Shown in pieces: positions 13,628 through 25,974 of a stretch of DNA of 64,000 bases (position 1 is the first letter of the stretch; each line of letters opens with the position of its first letter). The stretch covers positions 90,658,923-90,722,922 of the forward strand of contig NC_057720.1 of the NCBI RefSeq assembly GCF_004010195.1. Direction: 5' to 3'. Below the pieces are notes generated by a model. It was not told the DNA's origin, ran no database searches, and saw nothing but the letters and a program-made list of their open reading frames with translations. This DNA comes from Chiloscyllium plagiosum. Taxonomy: Eukaryota. The position numbers and the translations under genes were made by a program.

Positions 13628-13830
13628 AACTGACTGGACGCTGCTCCTCCATCAGGTAGCTAGTGGGGCAGGATCACAGGACACTGAATTTATAGTAAAT
13701 TCTGTGTTCCATGATCTTGCCCCACTAACTACCCAATGAAGCTCTCGAAAGCTAGTGTGCATCCAAATAAACCCTTTGGACTTTAACCAGGTGTTGTGTG
13801 ATTTTTAACCTTGGCCAGTCCAACACTGAC
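13628..13830. mobile_element. Penelope/MER6-like non-autonomous fragment with internal hairpin
   Basis: gaaagctagtgtgcatccaaataaacc..tggact..gtgttgtgtgatttttaac motif; ~43-bp inverted arms at 13650-13738. Confidence 0.5.
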
Positions 13831-13913
13831 ACATCTATATCCTCATAGAATCCCTACAGTGTGGAAACAGGCCGTTCGGCCCAATAAGTACACACCAAGT
13901 GAATTTGATTGAT

Positions 13914-14719
13914 TCATTCATGGATTTCAGTGAAGGGACATTTTAGCACCTTTTTCAGTTGCTGCCTCCACTTTGTCAGGGTTATGGCAAAAATGCCATG
14001 CAGCAACTGAGAAACTGAATCATGAATCCCAATTCCAGCACAATTCATGTAGATACGTAGACCAAGAGCCTATCACAAGGATTTGGCTCCATATTGAATA
14101 CATTGTTAACACTAACAGTAACAAGATGGATTTACTTCAGCTTTGCATTTCGGTGTCCCTGTGAGACTCTCCACTGGTCTCTTGCAGGCTCTGCTATTCA
14201 TTAACGTGTTTCTGATGATGAAAACATTGAGCAGCAGAATCAGGGAAAATTGGAAAGTCGGGGTTAGACTGTGGTGGAAGAACTCAATTATGATCCAAAC
14301 TCGAGTAATAAACACCGATTGTTGCATCACAAAGCCAGAGGGCGTTATCCAGCCAATACCGAGCTGGGAACATAAAATACCAGAAGATGTTCTTTCAACA
14401 GCGCAGCACAGTTTTCTAACTGCAATATTTAATTTTCAGCTTCTGGCAACAAATGGCCACAAATCAATCGAAGGTGAAAGTGATGGCAATCCAGAAAGAA
14501 CCGTCCGACTGATATAAAGCAGTACGGCATAGATATTACACATGGGGATGCCCCACAGGAGACTGTCGTGTTCTCAATAAATAATCAGAATGTGTCTCAA
14601 TATCAGGTTGAGGATAACGACCAGTAGACGTGCCACTACCATGGCCACCAGGTAAAGGGTATCACATGGAGACAATCCACAATCTTTAACAAGCAGCATG
14701 AAGATCATTACTACATTTA
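13914..14719 (-). pseudogene. GPR139/GPR142-like class A GPCR pseudogene, exon 2
   Basis: Acceptor cctcacag. Translation across frameshifts: NVVMIFMLLVKDCGLSPCDTLYLVAM..FTFD*FVAICCQKLKIKYCS*K..WIIIEFFHHSLTPTFQFSLILLLNV..ELGFMIQFLSCC..KWRQQLKKVLKCPFTEI. Multiple stops, frameshifts and deletions. Confidence 0.85.
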
Positions 14720-14769
14720 CTGTGAGGAAGGCAAACAAACAAATTATGCATTAATTTGGAGTAAGGTTG

Positions 14770-15085
14770 CAGTACCTTAATGGTTAGTACTGCTGCCTCA
14801 CAGTGCCAGGGACGTGGGTTTGATTCCAGTCTGGGTCAACAGTTTGTGTGGAGTTTGCACATTCTCCCTGTGTCTGCATGGGTTTCGACTCTGTACTCCA
14901 GTACAAAATGTGCAGGTTAGATGATTGACCATGGTACATTTGTACCAGAGTGACCAGGATTGTGCAGGTTCATTGGATTAGCTTTGGGAAATGCAGGGAT
15001 AGGGTGGGGGTGCTGGGCCTGAGGTCAGTGCAGACTTGCGGGGCAACATGGCATCTTGTGCATTGTAAGGATTCTATTCTGTAAT
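14770..15085 (+). mobile_element. tRNA-derived SINE (HE1-like)
   Basis: A/B-box-like head (tggttag..ctgcctcacagtgccagg..gggtttgattcc) followed by the gtgtggagtttgcacattctccc core. Confidence 0.75.
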
Positions 15086-16209
15086 TCTATGCCTCACAGC
15101 ACTCTGAGAAAAGGAGAAAAATCTCTTCATTTCTGTAACCAATCAAAATTGCCTTATTTCAGGTAAAAAAAAGTGCCCTCCAGCTCTAGTCTCAATTTTA
15201 ATGTTTCTTGCAAGGAGTCAACCATGAAGGAAGCATTGCTGCAGCTGTTCCCAGTTTTACTGAGATCACAGCTGGAGGACTGTATGAGGCTTTATTTTAT
15301 CTCCTTCCCTCAGAAAGAAGTTAATTACATGAAAAGGTGTATGAACACAGCTCACTCTCGTTGATTTTTGGGATGACGAGTTCATCCTATGTGGGAATGT
15401 TGCGCAGTTTGGATGTATAACCTTTGAAGTTCTGCAGAAATAGACATGATCATACTGAGACATAACTGCCCCTGAGAAGAATTGACAGGGTGGATGCTGA
15501 GAGGATGGCTCCCCCCGTGCAGGTGTGTAGAACTAGGGCAACTGTAGAATGTTTGAAAATGTGGCCTCTTCCATTTCAGACTGAGATAAGGATATATCTG
15601 ATAATGTGTTGCCCAGAGAGCAGTGAAGGCTGAATTTGATAGATATTTGATCAACTAGACAGCCAGTGCTTATGTGGGTCAGGTTTGAGGGGGTTGAATG
15701 GTCTACTTCTGTTCTTATTTGTTATGCATCATGTCACAAATAGGAGGTGATGTGGTGCAAGGACAATCACTTTAAATGGAAGGGTGCTCCTATTTTAGAT
15801 TGAGATGAGGATGCTCCTTTGTCCTGAGGGATGTGCTAACTGTGGCATTCTCATCTGCAGGGAGCAGTGAAGATATTCAAGGCTGAGCTCAGTAGCTCCT
15901 TGATGTTCAAGCAATCCCATGTTTTTTGGGAACAGAGATGGATAGGGAGTTCAGTCACAGTCAGATCAGCTCTGATCTGTCTGAATGGTGTAGCAGGGAC
16001 CGAATGGCCAACTGGTACTCCTACCTCCCGTGTAATGTCACACAACACGTCTCTCAGTGAATTCCTCAAGGCTATTACTGACGCACAGGAATGCACCATT
16101 CAGCCCTTCTAAAGAGTTGCATGGGAACTTGCATTCAGCACTTACAGCTTACTGCACAGTGAACCAAGGAGGTGATGCAACTCTTTTAAACAGCTACAGA
16201 GGAAAGAGA

Positions 16210-16730
16210 GAAGAAAGAACAAAGAACAGCACAGCACAGAAACAGGCCCTTCGTCCCACTAAGACTGTGCTCACACTTGATGCCTTTCCAAATGAAAAAC
16301 CTTTTATCTTTTCATGGTCCATATCCCTTGTTTCACTACCTATTCAAGAAGTTGCTATTGTATGCACCTCCACCATTACCTTGGGAAGCACATTCCAGGC
16401 ATTTATCAGCATCTGTGTAAAAAAGCTGTCTCACATCTCCTTTAAACTTTCCCTGTTTGCCTTAAGACTATGTCCTCTTGTAATTGAGATTAATATCCTG
16501 GAAAAAAAGGCTCTGACTATCCATTCTGTCCATGCATCTCAGAATTTTTTCAACTTCTTTCAAGTCACCCCCTCATCAGTGTTCAAGTGAAAACACAGGT
16601 TTTTCCAATCTCTCCTCATTGCCAATACCTTCCAAACCAGCCATCATCCTGGTAAACCAAAGCCTCCACATCTTTCTGGTAGTGTGGTGATCAGAACTAC
16701 ACACAACATTCACACAAAGTACAAAAGTCT
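16210..16730 (-). mobile_element. CR1-type LINE 3' fragment
   Basis: FTRMMAGLEG..EERLEK motif and typical 3' UTR. Confidence 0.65.
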
Positions 16731-17501
16731 CCACAGGCCTCTTCGTATTGTTGATTCCATAATTCTCAGCCCTGAATTGAATGGTCTGCTTGGTGATTCT
16801 AGTGGACAAGAAAGAGACAGAGACATTTGTCAGTGTCTGGAATCATGATGTCAGATTTGGAAAGGATGGTAGATATCCTTCCCCAACAGGGCATGGATGA
16901 ACCTGAATTTCTACAACAATGGGTTGTTGCTATTACTGACTGTAATTGAATTCAAAAACCACCAGCTCTTCTGGCGGGGGTGGGGGGAGTGGTGGAGGGA
17001 GGAGGTGGTGAAGTGGGGGCATTTGAACCCACAGTAAAAGCCCTGGGCTCTGATTGCAAGTGTAGTGATATTATCACAATCCCACTGACTCTCCTGAAGT
17101 CAGCACCTTTCAGAGACAACACATCACATTTCTGGTCAAATTATTTGTGGCTGGAAGAAAATAGGAACAGTTGAATCTGGATGAAACAAAGGTGCAGATG
17201 ATGGTTTATTCAGCAGCTAGTCTGAGACAAAATGGGAGGTTTGAGATATTGTGGACTTGGTCGTGAACAGGATTGGTGCTGGAGAGAATAGGGACATAGA
17301 TATCAGCTTAGATCCGAAGTGCTTGTTGGAGTTATAAGCAGTTTGATTCCACTTCAGATATTGGTATTAAAATTGTTTAGTAAGGAATTGAGTTTGTGGA
17401 CAGAATTTATGGCAATGGCTTCCTTTTTTTCATTATTTAAATTATGAGGACAGTAAGTTAGTTCAACAAAGTTTATTGAATTCATAGTTTGAAAGACTTA
17501 C

Positions 17502-17676
17502 CAGGAATAATAGTGATGAAAGGATAGAAACCAGCTTGAATCAGCAAAGCAGAGTTAAGATCCACTCAATCTTGAGGAAGATTGTAATGACCCAAATATA
17601 AACCCCTGGTCAGTATTGGAACATTCCAGTCTATTGTTCTCATATTCTGGTCCATTGTTGGAACACTCTAGTGCAT
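17502..17676 (-). pseudogene. GPR139/GPR142-like GPCR pseudogene, exon 1
   Basis: MH*SVPTMDQNMRTIDWNVP..LIQAGFYPFITIIP G|GTAAG. The phase-1 donor joins exon 2 in frame (G+TA=V, then NVV). Contains in-frame stops. Confidence 0.75.
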
Positions 17677-18774
17677 TGTTCTCAGACTCTGATCTCTTCT
17701 CTCCCTCACTCTTGAACTGTTGATCCTGATTAGAGTTGAAGGTGAAGTTCCTACTGATACTATGTAACATTGTAAGAGCCCCTTATTAATAGGAAGTAAA
17801 CCTGTTAGTGAAATAATTTGGTGCATGGAGACTGACATTAACTACAATCTGAACGAGCAGGTTCACTTAACCCCTTTCAAACCAATTTTATACCGTGGTA
17901 AATGAATACATTTGCTCAGTCTGGATGGGATGTCTGATTGTTTCTGAGGAATGGACACAACAGTAAAGTGATTATTCTTAATTATTTAATGCTCCATAGA
18001 TATGGTGGTGTGGTCAGAGGACTGAAGAATTTTCAATTACCATGTCTTTCCGTAAAAGAAGAGACAAACCTTGTCATAAAGAACAGCCAATATAACATAA
18101 TTAACATATTGAGGATACTTCCATAATCTACCATTTGGGGAGAATAATTTGTTCCTCAGAAACGTTGGATTCACAAGAAGCTACTAGAATAGAGATGCAA
18201 ATGGAAAACACATGTATAGACAAGAAAGGTCAGTTCATTAAGCTCGTATCAGAGCAGGTCAATGAAGATTTTTCTGTAGATTTTCTCAACTACAATACAA
18301 TCAAGAGTCATTTAATAGACAATTTCAGAAAGCTGAGTTAGAAGAAGACGAGTGTAAATATCCCACAACAATGGCTGACAAAGATCAGATTTAAAGAAAA
18401 AAATATGCTTTCTCTTGAGCTCAGTTAAAATTATAGCCTCATTCACTAAACAGCTCCACGTCCCCAGCTGCATATCCTCTTTAAGATGGTCCTCAAAATC
18501 TATTTGTTTAACATTTTTAACCTGACAGTTCCTTCCAAGTCTGAGTATTAACAATGTTTAATTTGCTATCATAAGGTTGTTGGTGTGTATCTTGCTGCCT
18601 GGAGCCACTGTGATTCTATGGCACTGAGAGATTGTAGTATTGTGGGTGAGAGCAATTATTCCAGGCATAGTGCTGTGTCAGGATAATTTGTTGCAGCAGC
18701 ATGATGTCAAATGGCCAGTGCATCTGCAACTTATTCCTAATGTTTATATTGGTGCAATAATGAGGCATACTTAC

Positions 18775-19176
18775 TGTTGTGGAAATTAAACCGACTCATC
18801 TCAAATGTTAGCAAGAGCAAAGAAAAAGCTTTATTGTAACCTTTACAGGGGTAAATACACTTGGCAAAATGCTGCATGGAAGGGGCTGAACAACTTTTAC
18901 ATATGCCTTTTATACATTTCACTTATTCTTATCATACGCTCAAGGACAAGAACTGGGAACATTTGGCTATTGATATGAGGTTTATGTTTTCCCTGACTCT
19001 TGCTAAATTTGACTGTTTTGCAACCCCTGCAAGGCCAAGTTGTCTGCTTGCAGAATCCAACAAAGTCAGATTGTCTACTTAAAATTTTTGTAACGTGTTA
19101 GTTTTAGCAGAGTGTTAGATTTAGCAAATCTTTCACATTTCATAGTAAATGTTAATTTTGTTAATTTTCCATTACA
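18775..19176 (-). repeat. ERV 3' LTR (diverged from the 5' LTR)
   Basis: TGTAAT...CCACAACA ends; immediately preceded by the PPT. Confidence 0.8.
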
Positions 19177-19190
19177 TTTCCCCCCTTTTT
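19177..19190 (-). promoter_or_regulatory. Polypurine tract AAAAAGGGGGGAAA
   Basis: Directly abuts the TG start of the 3' LTR. Confidence 0.85.
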
Positions 19191-19249
19191 GTCATTTTAT
19201 GACAACAAGGACAAAAAAAAGCCAGATTAAAAAAAATAGAGCCAGGAAG

Positions 19250-22200
19250 CTCTACATCGGCGATCTTAACAGCTGTCTGTGTTGTAAGGAGCATTTGAAA
19301 CGGTACCAGCCACCTCTCCACCTTCCAGCTTTTCCTCCTGAAATATTTCATCACTATCCAGTCTCCAGGTTCTAGATCGTGCAGTTTCCCTTCTGTTAGT
19401 TGGGGTAGAGCTGCTTTCACTTGATTCAGTATTTGAGACAAAAGTGCAGAGAGTTTTATGCAGTAACACAATATCACATCATCACAGCGGCCTGTTATCT
19501 GTCTTACTTTAGGACTTGAGTCAATTCCTGTGTTGGGCGGCCCATCGAACAAAATCTCAAACGGGTTAAGATTAGCTCTTCCTCTCCTCCAAGATCTCAT
19601 ATACACTAGCACAATCGGAAGTGCCTTTGTCCATGTCACCCCCAGTTCCTCACAACATTTTGTCAATTTATTTATTCGGGTAGCATTTTCTCTTTCCACT
19701 GTCCCACCGCTCACTGGGTGATAGGCACAGTGTTGTCTCATGTTTATTCCCAATAATCACTGATCTGCTGTAAGACATTATTGACAAATGGTGTCCCATT
19801 GTCACTACTGATCCTTTCAGGGATGCCCCATCTTGGAATTATCTCAGTTATAGCAGAGCCTTGGCTAATGCACTGGCATCCTGTTTAGACATGGGGAATG
19901 TTTCCAGCCATTTGGTAAACATATCAACTATTACCAGACAATACTTTTCCCTTCGCTGGGCATTAATTCAATGAAATCCATCTGTAAATGTTCAAAGGGT
20001 TTTGGGGGTTAGGAGTGTGCTGCCTGACTCATTTGTATTCCCCTCCCCACATTATTAGTAGCACAGATAACACAACGCTCACAATAGTTCTGGGAGAAAT
20101 GAGTAAATCCCTTGGTGTCCCAGTGTGCCAAAATACTGTTGTATGTCCTCCCTTTTGACACATGGTCCTTACCGTGTATCAGTTTGGCATAGAATGGAAA
20201 TAATGATAGTGGTAGACAGGGTTTACCATTGGGACCACACCATACTTCTTCCCTCACAGTGCATCCTGCTTTCGTCCACTCACGCTTTTATTCCGATGTG
20301 GCCTGTGACGGTAACTCCTGCTGTTGGGGTACAAATTTTTTGCCATATACATGTCAAACTGCTCATATAGCAGCTGCTGGGCTACCGTTCGTGCTGCTGA
20401 GTCTGCCCTTGCATTGCCTTGAGAAATAAAATCATTATTTTTTGTGTGGGCTTCACACTTACACACAGCGGTTGATTTAGGCAACAGGAACGCTTCCAGG
20501 AGGTTGGAAATCAGGTCGCGATGTGTGATGGGCTTTCTGGTGGAGGTCAAGAAGCCCCTGAGTTTCCACAAGGTTCCAAAATCATGTACAACCCCAAAGG
20601 CAAATCTGCTTTCGGTGCAAATATTCACTGTCCTTCCCTCAGCCAATTTGCAGGCCTCATTCAAGGCAATCAGCTTCACTGCTGGCGCTGACAGATGAGA
20701 AGGTAGTGACCCCACTTTGACTACCTCGTAGATAGTCACTGCAGCATACCCAACACAATTCTGGCCTGTCTCCTTCCTCATGAATGCTGACCCATCCACA
20801 AAAAAAACTCCATACCTGGATTCTGAAATGGTGAATCCTGTAAATCTGGTCTGGGGCTTCAATTTTCATTAGTTACAGCAACACAGTCGTGTGGGTCTCC
20901 ATCTCCTTCTGTGGGGAGAAGGCTAGCAGAGTTAAGGACATTACATCGCTTTATTGTCATGTTAGGCATATCCAATAACACAGTATTGTATCAGTGGCAA
21001 CGTGCTGCTGACATGTGTGCGGTCCTTTGCTCGGAAAGCAGGAAGGATACTGCATGTGGAACCAGAAGAATTAATTCACCATAGCCGACTATATCGTTGG
21101 GTGCTACAACAGCCTTTTCAGCTGCAGCCACAGCTCACAGGCATTTAGGCAATCCTGCTGCTACGTGGTCTAGTTTAGCTGAAAAATATGCTACCGGTCT
21201 CAATCTTCCCCCATGATCCTGCAACAGCGCAGGTGTCATGCAGCCACGCTTCTCATCTACAGTTTGTACAAAACCCAGTGTAGGTTTAGTTTGGAGCGCC
21301 CTTTTTAATTCAACAAAGTCACTCTCGGCCTCTGGGGTCCACTGCAACCGACTCTGGTTCTGCAACCCTGTTCCATGGGCTATGTCACTTAGGGGAGCCT
21401 CAAGGGTTGCGTAATATGGGACGAACGTGCTACAGTAGGAGCATATGCCAAAAAAGAATAGCAATTGTCTCTTCGTGTGAGGCTTTGGAAATTGCTGGAT
21501 TGCTTGAACTCTGTCTTGACCAATGGCCTTCCCTTGTTCAGATATTAGGTGACCTAAGAATTTCACCTGTTGTTGCACAAATTGTAGCTTTGTGAGACTG
21601 GCTTTGTGCCCTTCCCGCGCTAGATGGCAGAGCAACACAAGGGTCTCCTTCCACATTGTTCCTTTATTGGTGCCGCTATCAAGCAATCATCTACATACTG
21701 CAGAAGCACTGACCCCGCGGTTTGAACAAGAGCCTCCAGACTCCTGCGCAGAGCCACATTATATATAGTGGGGGACTCACAGTAACCTCGCGTGAAGGTA
21801 TATGATTTCACTTTGATTGAAAAAGTGAACCAGAATTGACTATCTGGGTGCACCGGTACACTAAAGAAGGCATTTGATAAATACACACAGAGAACCATTT
21901 CCTGTCCGGTGGAATTTGAGCCAATATAATAAAGGGATTGGGAGCATTTGGGGCACGTGGAACAACAGCGTTATTGACTGCCTGCAGGTCTTCAACAAAC
22001 CTCCATTCCTCCGGTTCACCGGGTATGTTTGTCTTTTTGACTGGATAAATGGGGATTCTCACCAATGCGTTTTCACAGGGGATTATCACTCCAGCCTTTA
22101 GGAGGGATTCAAAGACTGCAGTAATTCCTTCTATGGCTTGGGATTTTAACAGATATTGTGCTCTGCAAGGACGATACTCTGACTTCAGGGTTATCCTTAT

Positions 22201-23425
22201 GGGCTCACAGCCCCATATGAGCCCCACATCATGTTTGCTCTTTGTCCACAACTCAGTAGGGACCATTTCTAATCTTGGGTTTGAGACTTCTATCTTAGGG
22301 AAACCCCAGGCTACCCCCCTAGGCTTCTCAGGGCTAGCGGGCGTTACCTGGACTGTCCTATCTGCCTGAGTTAGCCAATTTAGTTTCTTCTTATATGTCC
22401 GCATATCTGCATTGAACCAGATACCCACATCATCCCTGAAGACCAACCTTTCGTTCTTTGTGCCTTTAGCACCCATGTTCCCAAATCCTGCCACCTGTCA
22501 CTGGACGCCTTCATCAGTGACACGTGAGAGCAGAGCCTTCCACATAAAAAAAAGGTCTGCTTGCTGTTACAGATACTTTTGATAAGTTCACACTGACTGC
22601 ACATCAGTGATCACTCCAATAAAATTCGCACAATAACAACTGATCTGGCCTAACCAATCTCCTGAACCAATCCTTCTCATATGATTCATCAGGGCCATCA
22701 CGATGTATATGTGCTGTGCAGTGCAGCATGTCTCCAGCAAGAAAATCGATGTTAATAGGATTAACATAGTTACTTGCTTCCAGGGCGAGTGAATTGCTCA
22801 CTGAACTTATCGCTCTCTGGATTAATCGCCACTCATAGACATACATCAGAGGTCGTGGGTCATATTGTACAGCCTGCACTGGTAAATCGTTCCTTTGAAT
22901 TACCTGCAAGCCCGTCGGAGTACTGACCAAATCCAACCCCAGTCTCCCTATGAGATCCCGACCCATCAAATTTAAAGGACAAAATTCCGATAACAAGATG
23001 GAGAATTGGAATGTTTCCCTTTTACTAGTTTTGCTTAGTAGAGGTGCAGAAAATCTCTCCCGCATCATGACTCCTGATGCACCTATTCTGTTCAGGAACG
23101 TTTCACTCATCTTTATTTGTGTCGATTGTCTAAACTGGCTTAATTTAAGGACTGAGTATGTTGCCCCTGTGTCTATCAAAAATGTAACTGATGTACCTTC
23201 CACATACAACATAGAGGTGGGCATCGACTGATACGCACCATTGTGATATTGGACATACCGTTCACACTTCGCAATCTCAGTGCTGAACATTGAGGTGAGA
23301 TATGTCTCAGTGCGTGAAAGGTTAGTAGAAGAGATTAGCATAAGCGAGTCTTCATTGCAAAGTATAAAGGAAAGAGGCTTACCTATACCTTGTGGGCTGC
23401 CCACCTCCACCTCAGCCTTCCCCTG
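19250..23425 (-). pseudogene. pol: ERV pro-pol (PR, 2H-like domain, RT, RNase H, IN)
   Basis: FLIDTGATYS (protease); WRFVEDLQAVN and LLQYVDD (RT); FFVDGSA..AVCKCEAH..GNARAD (RNase H); H..DHVS..CERCVIC and YHPVSGGTVEREN (integrase). Confidence 0.92.
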
Positions 23426-24955
23426 TCAGTCACCCTGCTGTCCTGCCTCCAGGTCGAGTGAGGCTGTCTGAGTGAGCACTATCTCACCCAGTGGTCCAGA
23501 TCTACCTCTACCAGCGCCTCTTTCATGACCTCTTCCTCTTCCATGACCTCCCCCTCTGCCTCTCTGTCTTCCTGCAGCACCTCCTTCCAATGGTTGGGTG
23601 ACCATTTGCATCATAGTAATCTGAGCTTTATGTGCTTGTTATTCCATCCTTAGTTTCCACTTAACTTTCTCTTAGGTAAGCAATATTTCAGCAGAAATCG
23701 CATGCTGTTCTATCAAATTCAGCTTTCCCGTGTCCTAGGTAATACATGTGTTTTTTACCTTTTCACTATTTCATCCTTCATTCTATTGATGAAGCTGTTC
23801 CTCCGGTGTGCCTCATACAGTGTGATTTCTGCCGCCATCATGTCCTCGCGTGGTCTCAGTCCACTATGGGTGTTATGGACTTCAGTGAGGTGTGTAAGGT
23901 ACTGGGAGACTGACTCACCTTCCCGTTGTTTTCACATTGCTGTTTTGGTCATGTCCATTCGCAATGGGAATATCTCCCTACAGGCGGTTGCCAGCGCTGC
24001 AACAAAAGCATTAAAGTCTCCCTTCTCTTCCACTTGCAGGTTGGCTGCTCTGGCGTTTGCAGCTGGCCAGGTATACTTGATTTTGGCGACATTGGCACCT
24101 AGTTTTCATCCCAGGAGACGTCTCATCTCATGTGATATGGGACGGAACTCAGTAAAGAACTTTGTCACTTCTTATTAGCTCCAACCTTGCGTGGGTCAGG
24201 CAACTGCCCAGAGGCACTTTGCAGATCCTTCATGGTCCATGGCTGGTGGGCCAACACTGGGCACCCTTCTGGACCTGCAACTTCAACCATTGGGGCTTGC
24301 AGAACGACCTGGTTAGATGATCATACGCCAATAGCCCCACCGTCTGACTCATCATCAGTCGGGGGGTGATCACAGACAGGCCTTGGATGCCTTTCCATCT
24401 TGGAGTTGTCGTCTTTCTTTTGGCCTTCTTGCTTCGATCTGTTGCGAGTATGGTGTGCTATCGGTGATCCAGCAGGTCCTGAGGCGGTGGCCGCTGACGT
24501 GGAACTTTCACCAGGCGGATCTCGTAGGGGGACTGCAGGTCTCGGAGGGCAGTCATCAAGGTCAGGATCTGAAACAGATTTAAGACACTGTACAGCTTCG
24601 TTAGGTTGTTTTCCACATGTGCACTGGTGGTTGTACGTGTATTTGATCCATCCGTTACTTGAGATTTCCTTTCTCTGATATCAGCCTCAGCCTTCCACAT
24701 ACTATAATCACTCCCATTCACAGATTCTATTTTTGCCTTCCTTTTCTCCTTCTCTCTCTCCTCCAAGCTCAACCTTAATATTTCCAGCTGTCTTTTACTA
24801 AAACTTCCTCCCTCCGGAAAACCATATTCCTTAATCAACGATTCTAACTACTTTACATATTCTAGGCCGTAATTATTTATCATGTGTTGTATTTTTGGTT
24901 GGCCATTCCAAATTCTGTGTGGACTCTCCCTTTGTTTGCTCTTGCCGGAGCCCAT
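23426..24955 (-). pseudogene. gag: ERV gag
   Basis: MGSGKSK myristoylation-type start; YGFPEGGSFS; Gly/Arg-rich NC region; remnant HWVRxC zinc-knuckle half in a shifted frame. Confidence 0.75.
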
Positions 24956-25494
24956 TTTTAGTGTCACTGGAAAAGTGTTCAGCTCTCTCTCTCTCTCTCT
25001 CTCGTGGTACCATTATCTATTCTCTTTTGACTTGCTTTTACCTCCGGTGGTCCCCTCTCGCATTGGGCGCATCCGCCTCTAGGCCTTGGTTTTTCATAAA
25101 CCAAGAAACCACGTACCCGGTACATCATAGGCGAGTCCAACTCAGCCAGTGGTGGTTCCAAGTCTAAAACCACCCTTAACCTTGCTGTCTCCTAAACACT
25201 CTTCAGACAGCAATCCCCTTCCCTTGGGATTTCACTCTAATACTATGCGAGAGTTCACTGAACCCTTTTCCTGCTGTATTTATTCTCTCAGAATGAATCT
25301 CTATGTAGGATTACGTAAACCATGACTCTTACCCGACTTTATTTGATTTGAAACTCTGGTGCGAGGGCAATCCACAGATTCCCAGTCCTCTCATGCAAAA
25401 GGTCCAATTCAGCGCTCGAGATGAAGTGAAAGACCTTCAAGGCGCTGGTGCCTGCGCCTCCTTGGAATCTTCAGAATCTCACCCAGTCACGAGG

Positions 25495-25512
25495 TCTCGA
25501 GACGAGCCCTTA
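25495..25512 (-). promoter_or_regulatory. Degenerate primer-binding site, tRNA-Pro-like
   Basis: GGGCTCGTCTCGAGA here and GGGCTCGTCCCGGGA in the duplicate at ~27946-27960, versus the canonical PBS-Pro TGGGGGCTCGTCCGGGAT. Confidence 0.55.
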
Positions 25513-25519
25513 AGTTTAC

Positions 25520-25974
25520 TGTTGTGGAAATTAAATCGACTTGACTCAATAATTAGCAAGAGGAAAGCAAGGATTTTTATTAAAAATTTTGCAAGATTGA
25601 CCCATTACACTAAGTCAGCTCCCTCAATGCAATGAGTACTGAAACATTTACACAGACGCCTACCTTACAGCGTTCCTTATCACACTCTCAAGGGCAGAGA
25701 CTGGAGAAACTCAAGTTGTTATCCTCTCATCGCCTGGTCCTCGACATAACAGTTATTCAGCTTTCGCTGAGTTCGACTATCACAAGGTCGAGTTGAATGC
25801 TTACAGAATTCAGAGATACACTAACTGCAGACCTTCATCAAAGCATCGTTTTGAAAGCTCAGCGCAGCATTGATTTAAACCAAGCATTCTCTTTAAACTT
25901 CACATTAAATGGATAATTAATTTCACAGTATATTGATAACTAATTTCACAGTAAATTGATAATTTTCTATTACA
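25520..25974 (-). repeat. ERV 5' LTR
   Basis: TGTAAT...CCACAACA ends; AATAAA near the 3' end; followed by a PBS-like site and gag. Confidence 0.8.

Larger units (their letters stand above)
18775..25974 (-). mobile_element. Endogenous retrovirus, class I (epsilon/gamma-like), env-less, defective
   Basis: Order on the - strand is LTR, PBS-like site, gag, PR, (2H domain), RT, RNase H, IN, PPT, LTR. Many stops and frameshifts. Confidence 0.92.

Noticed and set aside
14143-14517. 124-aa ORF on the + strand
   Set aside because: Antisense shadow of the GPCR pseudogene exon.
23460-23490. EIVLTQT, resembling an Ig V framework-1 start
   Set aside because: It lies inside ERV gag and arises from a frameshifted zinc-knuckle remnant; no V domain follows.
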